Shown one piece after another: positions 61,755-64,000 of a stretch of DNA of 64,000 nt. Position 1 is the first letter of the stretch; each line of letters opens with the position of its first letter. Source of the DNA: Eledone cirrhosa. Taxonomy: Eukaryota. The stretch lies in the NCBI GenBank assembly GCA_964016885.1, contig OZ024764.1, positions 27,342,001-27,406,000 on the forward strand. Direction: 5' to 3'. The notes under the pieces are model-generated. The model made no database searches. It worked only from the letters and a program-made list of their open reading frames with translations, and was not told the DNA's origin. Made by a program: the position numbers and the translations under genes.

Positions 61755-62397
61755 AAACTATAACACATATAACTCTATCAGTGAAGCCCTTTAGTATAGG
61801 TCAACTGGGAAACTATAACACATATAACCCTATCAGTGAAGTCCTTTAGTATAGGTCAACTGGGAAACTATAACACATATAACCCTATCAGTGAAGTCCT
61901 TTAGTATAGGTCAACTGGGAAACTATAACATATATAACCCTATCAGTGAAGTCCTTTAGTATAGGTCAACTGGGAAACTATAACACATATAACCCTATCA
62001 GTGAAGTCCTTTAGTATAGGTCAACTGGGAAACTATAACACATATAACCCTATCAGTGAAGCCCTCTGGGAAACTATAACACATATAACTCTATCAGTGA
62101 AGCCCTTTAGTATAGGTCAACTGGGAAACTATAACACATATAACCCTATCAGTGAAGTCCTTTAGTATAGGTCAACTGGGAAATTATAACACATATAACC
62201 CTATCAGTGAAGTCCTTTAGTATAGGTCAACTGGGAAACTATAACACATATAACCCTATCAGTGAAGTCCTTTAGTATAGGTCAACAGGGAAACTATAAC
62301 ACATATAACCCTATCAGTGAAGTCCTTTAGTATAGGTCAACTGGGAAATTATAACACATATAACCCTATCAGTGAAGTCCTTTAGTATAGGTCAACT
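61755..62397 (+). repeat. 55-bp minisatellite, 12 units (one shortened to 41 bp)
   Basis: Unit AAACTATAACACATATAACCCTATCAGTGAAGTCCTTTAGTATAGGTCAACTGGG. AACTATAAC (AATTATAAC in two units) starts at 61756, 61811, 61866, 61921, 61976, 62031, 62072, 62127, 62182, 62237, 62292 and 62347. Confidence 0.97.
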
Positions 62398-62469
62398 AAC
62401 AGAAGTATTACGGGTATGGAAAAAATTCTAAATAAGCCTACAAGAGTCATTGCGTGCCACTCTGACTGG

Positions 62470-62525
62470 TCAGGTGGGCTCGATTGTGGCCCGCGGGCCG
62501 CCTGTTGTACGCCCCTCCTTTAGAC
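62470..62525. mobile_element. Probable terminus of a non-autonomous hAT-like element
   Basis: TGGCCCGCGGGCCGCCTGTTGTACGCCCCTC followed by CTTTAGAC. The GGCCCGCGGGCC palindrome about 15 nt from a CCCCTG-like end is typical of Charlie-type hAT termini (recalled pattern). Confidence 0.55.
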
Positions 62526-62549
62526 AGTATATCTATCACTGTTAAGTAA

Positions 62550-62759
62550 TACTGTGATCTGTCGGCCAACTACATTTTCCAGCCTGTGGCGTTTGGGGGA
62601 GTCGGGATACTGACTGCGAGATTCCTATCTTCACTGGCGGCTAGCCTGACGAAGGTGACTGGTGAAGCTCGTGAGGGCACTTGGTTGTTCCAGCTCCTCA
62701 GCCTCGCCATCGCCCGAGGTAACGCTGCAGACGTGCTGGCTTGCCTAAAAAATCATTAG
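62550..62759 (+). mobile_element. 3' fragment of a REL-endonuclease (CRE-clade-like) non-LTR retrotransposon
   Basis: Open frame YCDLSANYIFQPVAFGGVGILTARFLSSLAASLTKVTGEAREGTWLFQLLSLAIARGNAADVLACLKNH*, matching the REL C-terminus (Y.F.PVA...G..G.....FL..L...L...TGD/E.R...L.Q.LS.AI.RGNAA.VL). Confidence 0.78.
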
Positions 62760-62843
62760 AGAGGTTTCCCAGTGCTCCTCGTGATACTGTTATCTTTTGA
62801 TCTAGTAGCAGCTCGTTTGTCCACCCCTTTCGCCTGCCTTTGG

Positions 62844-63030
62844 TTGTATGTCGTCCTAGATGTGGGTATTACCTGCTTGTGTGTTGTATGTGGTCCTAGA
62901 TGTGTGTATTACCTGCTTATGTGGTCCTAGATGTATGTATTACCTGCTGGTGTGTTGTATGTGGTCCCAGATGTGTGGATTACCTGTTTTTGTGTTGTAT
63001 GTGGTCCCAAATGTGTGTGCTACCCGCTTC
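62844..63030 (+). repeat. Degenerate ~40-bp minisatellite, about 5 units
   Basis: TTGTATGTGGTCCTAGATGTGTGTATTACCTGCTTGTGTG repeated with variants. Confidence 0.85.
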
Positions 63031-63734
63031 TGTGATTTGTTTCTTCTTTCTCTCTTCCGAGAAACAATCCTGTATTTTTTTAATCTATTCCATGCGTTAA
63101 GTAATTAGCAGCAACAACAAACCGATTTTCAGTTGTAAAAAGAATCTTTAAACCTTCACCATTTACATTAACACATACCATACGTTGTCCCAGCCACAAA
63201 TAAACAGTAAAAAAAACTTACTTTGCGGTTAAATTCTTCACAATTAAAAGAAAAATATTTCTAACACGTTTCTAGACAACACCAAGTTTACACCTTCAAT
63301 ATCCGGTAAAAGTAAAAACAAATTCTGGAGACATTTAACGAAACGAAACTATGTAAAGAAAAACGAAAATTAAACGAAGACAAATAGTAAATTTTAATTT
63401 TTATTAAATAAAATACCAGTAATTCACTGCAGTAGATTTAATCAACTTTACTCTCTCTGCACGAAAGAAGAAAAAAATTCCTGACTTAGTGCTTAATATA
63501 TAGAGAGGGGGAGAGTTTGGTGTTACTTCATATAGAGAGGGAGAGAGTTAGTGCTAATTGATATAAAGAGGGGGATATTCAAATTATCCCCTGTGGGGCG
63601 TGCACCCCACGTTGAGAATCCCTCATAAATGAATATATGTGAGTGTGTTTCTATGACTGCTATTTCTAGCATGTATGGACACTTTAGAAATAGCAGCGAA
63701 AAACGGAAAACAGCAGAAAGAAGGACACACACCT

Positions 63735-63955
63735 ATATATATATATATATATATATACCAGCTATACACTCACCCATACATATATATATATACCAGCTAT
63801 ACACACACCCATATCTACGTATAGGTGTGTGTGCGCGCGTGTATGTATATATAAATATATATATTTAAATGTATATATCTGTGCATATATATATGTATAT
63901 ATGTATATATATATATATATATACAGATACATAATTATATATATATATATATACG
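63735..63955. repeat. (AT)n / (ATGT)n microsatellite-rich low-complexity tract
   Basis: Several (TA)n runs and a short duplication, TATATACCAGCTATACAC.CACCCATA. Similar (AT)n tracts occur near 10800, 11711, 35345, 36212, 37150-37310 and 58690. Confidence 0.9.
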
Positions 63956-64000
63956 TGTGTGACCTTCTTTCTTATGTTTCCCGTGTTTTGCTGCTATTTC

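Noticed and set aside
62860-63868. Cys/Val-rich and Tyr/Ile-rich short ORFs
   Set aside because: They are translations of the ~40-bp minisatellite and (AT)n tracts.

Overview
This is eukaryotic repetitive DNA with no intact gene. The SINE family and (AT)n/(GA)n content look like octopus/cephalopod sequence as I recall it; that host call is an inference. About 85% of the window is one composite satellite. Each higher-order unit (about 0.7-2.1 kb) is a CT-rich block of short units, CGTTTCATCTCG(CT)n, then a fixed boundary motif (TTGTTTCAACACTCTAATCCCTCACTTGTT), then a cluster of 2-13 copies of a 46-bp minisatellite (CAGAATTATTAGCCACAGGGGCAGAGATGTCCATAACATTACATGW). The satellite alternates orientation: + 1-10.7 kb, - 12.4-27.1 kb, + 27.1-34.2 kb, - 34.2-34.4 kb, - 37.3-52.3 kb, + 52.3-58.6 kb. 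Three copies of a decayed Helitron Rep-helicase remnant (10.7, 35.3, 58.6 kb) sit about 24 kb apart, each after a + domain. This gives a macro-repeat of forward array, Helitron/SINE spacer and inverted array. Also present: six tRNA-derived SINE copies (one is a filled/empty site pair), two 3' fragments of REL-endonuclease (CRE-like) non-LTR retrotransposons, a decayed PHD finger, hAT-like termini and 55-bp and ~40-bp minisatellites. The many Ser/Leu- and Arg/Glu-rich ORFs are repeat translations. The most interesting points are architectural: orientation-specific satellite subfamilies, sharp inversion junctions, new template-switch hairpins and mosaic paralogues. I see no evidence for a new protein-coding system.
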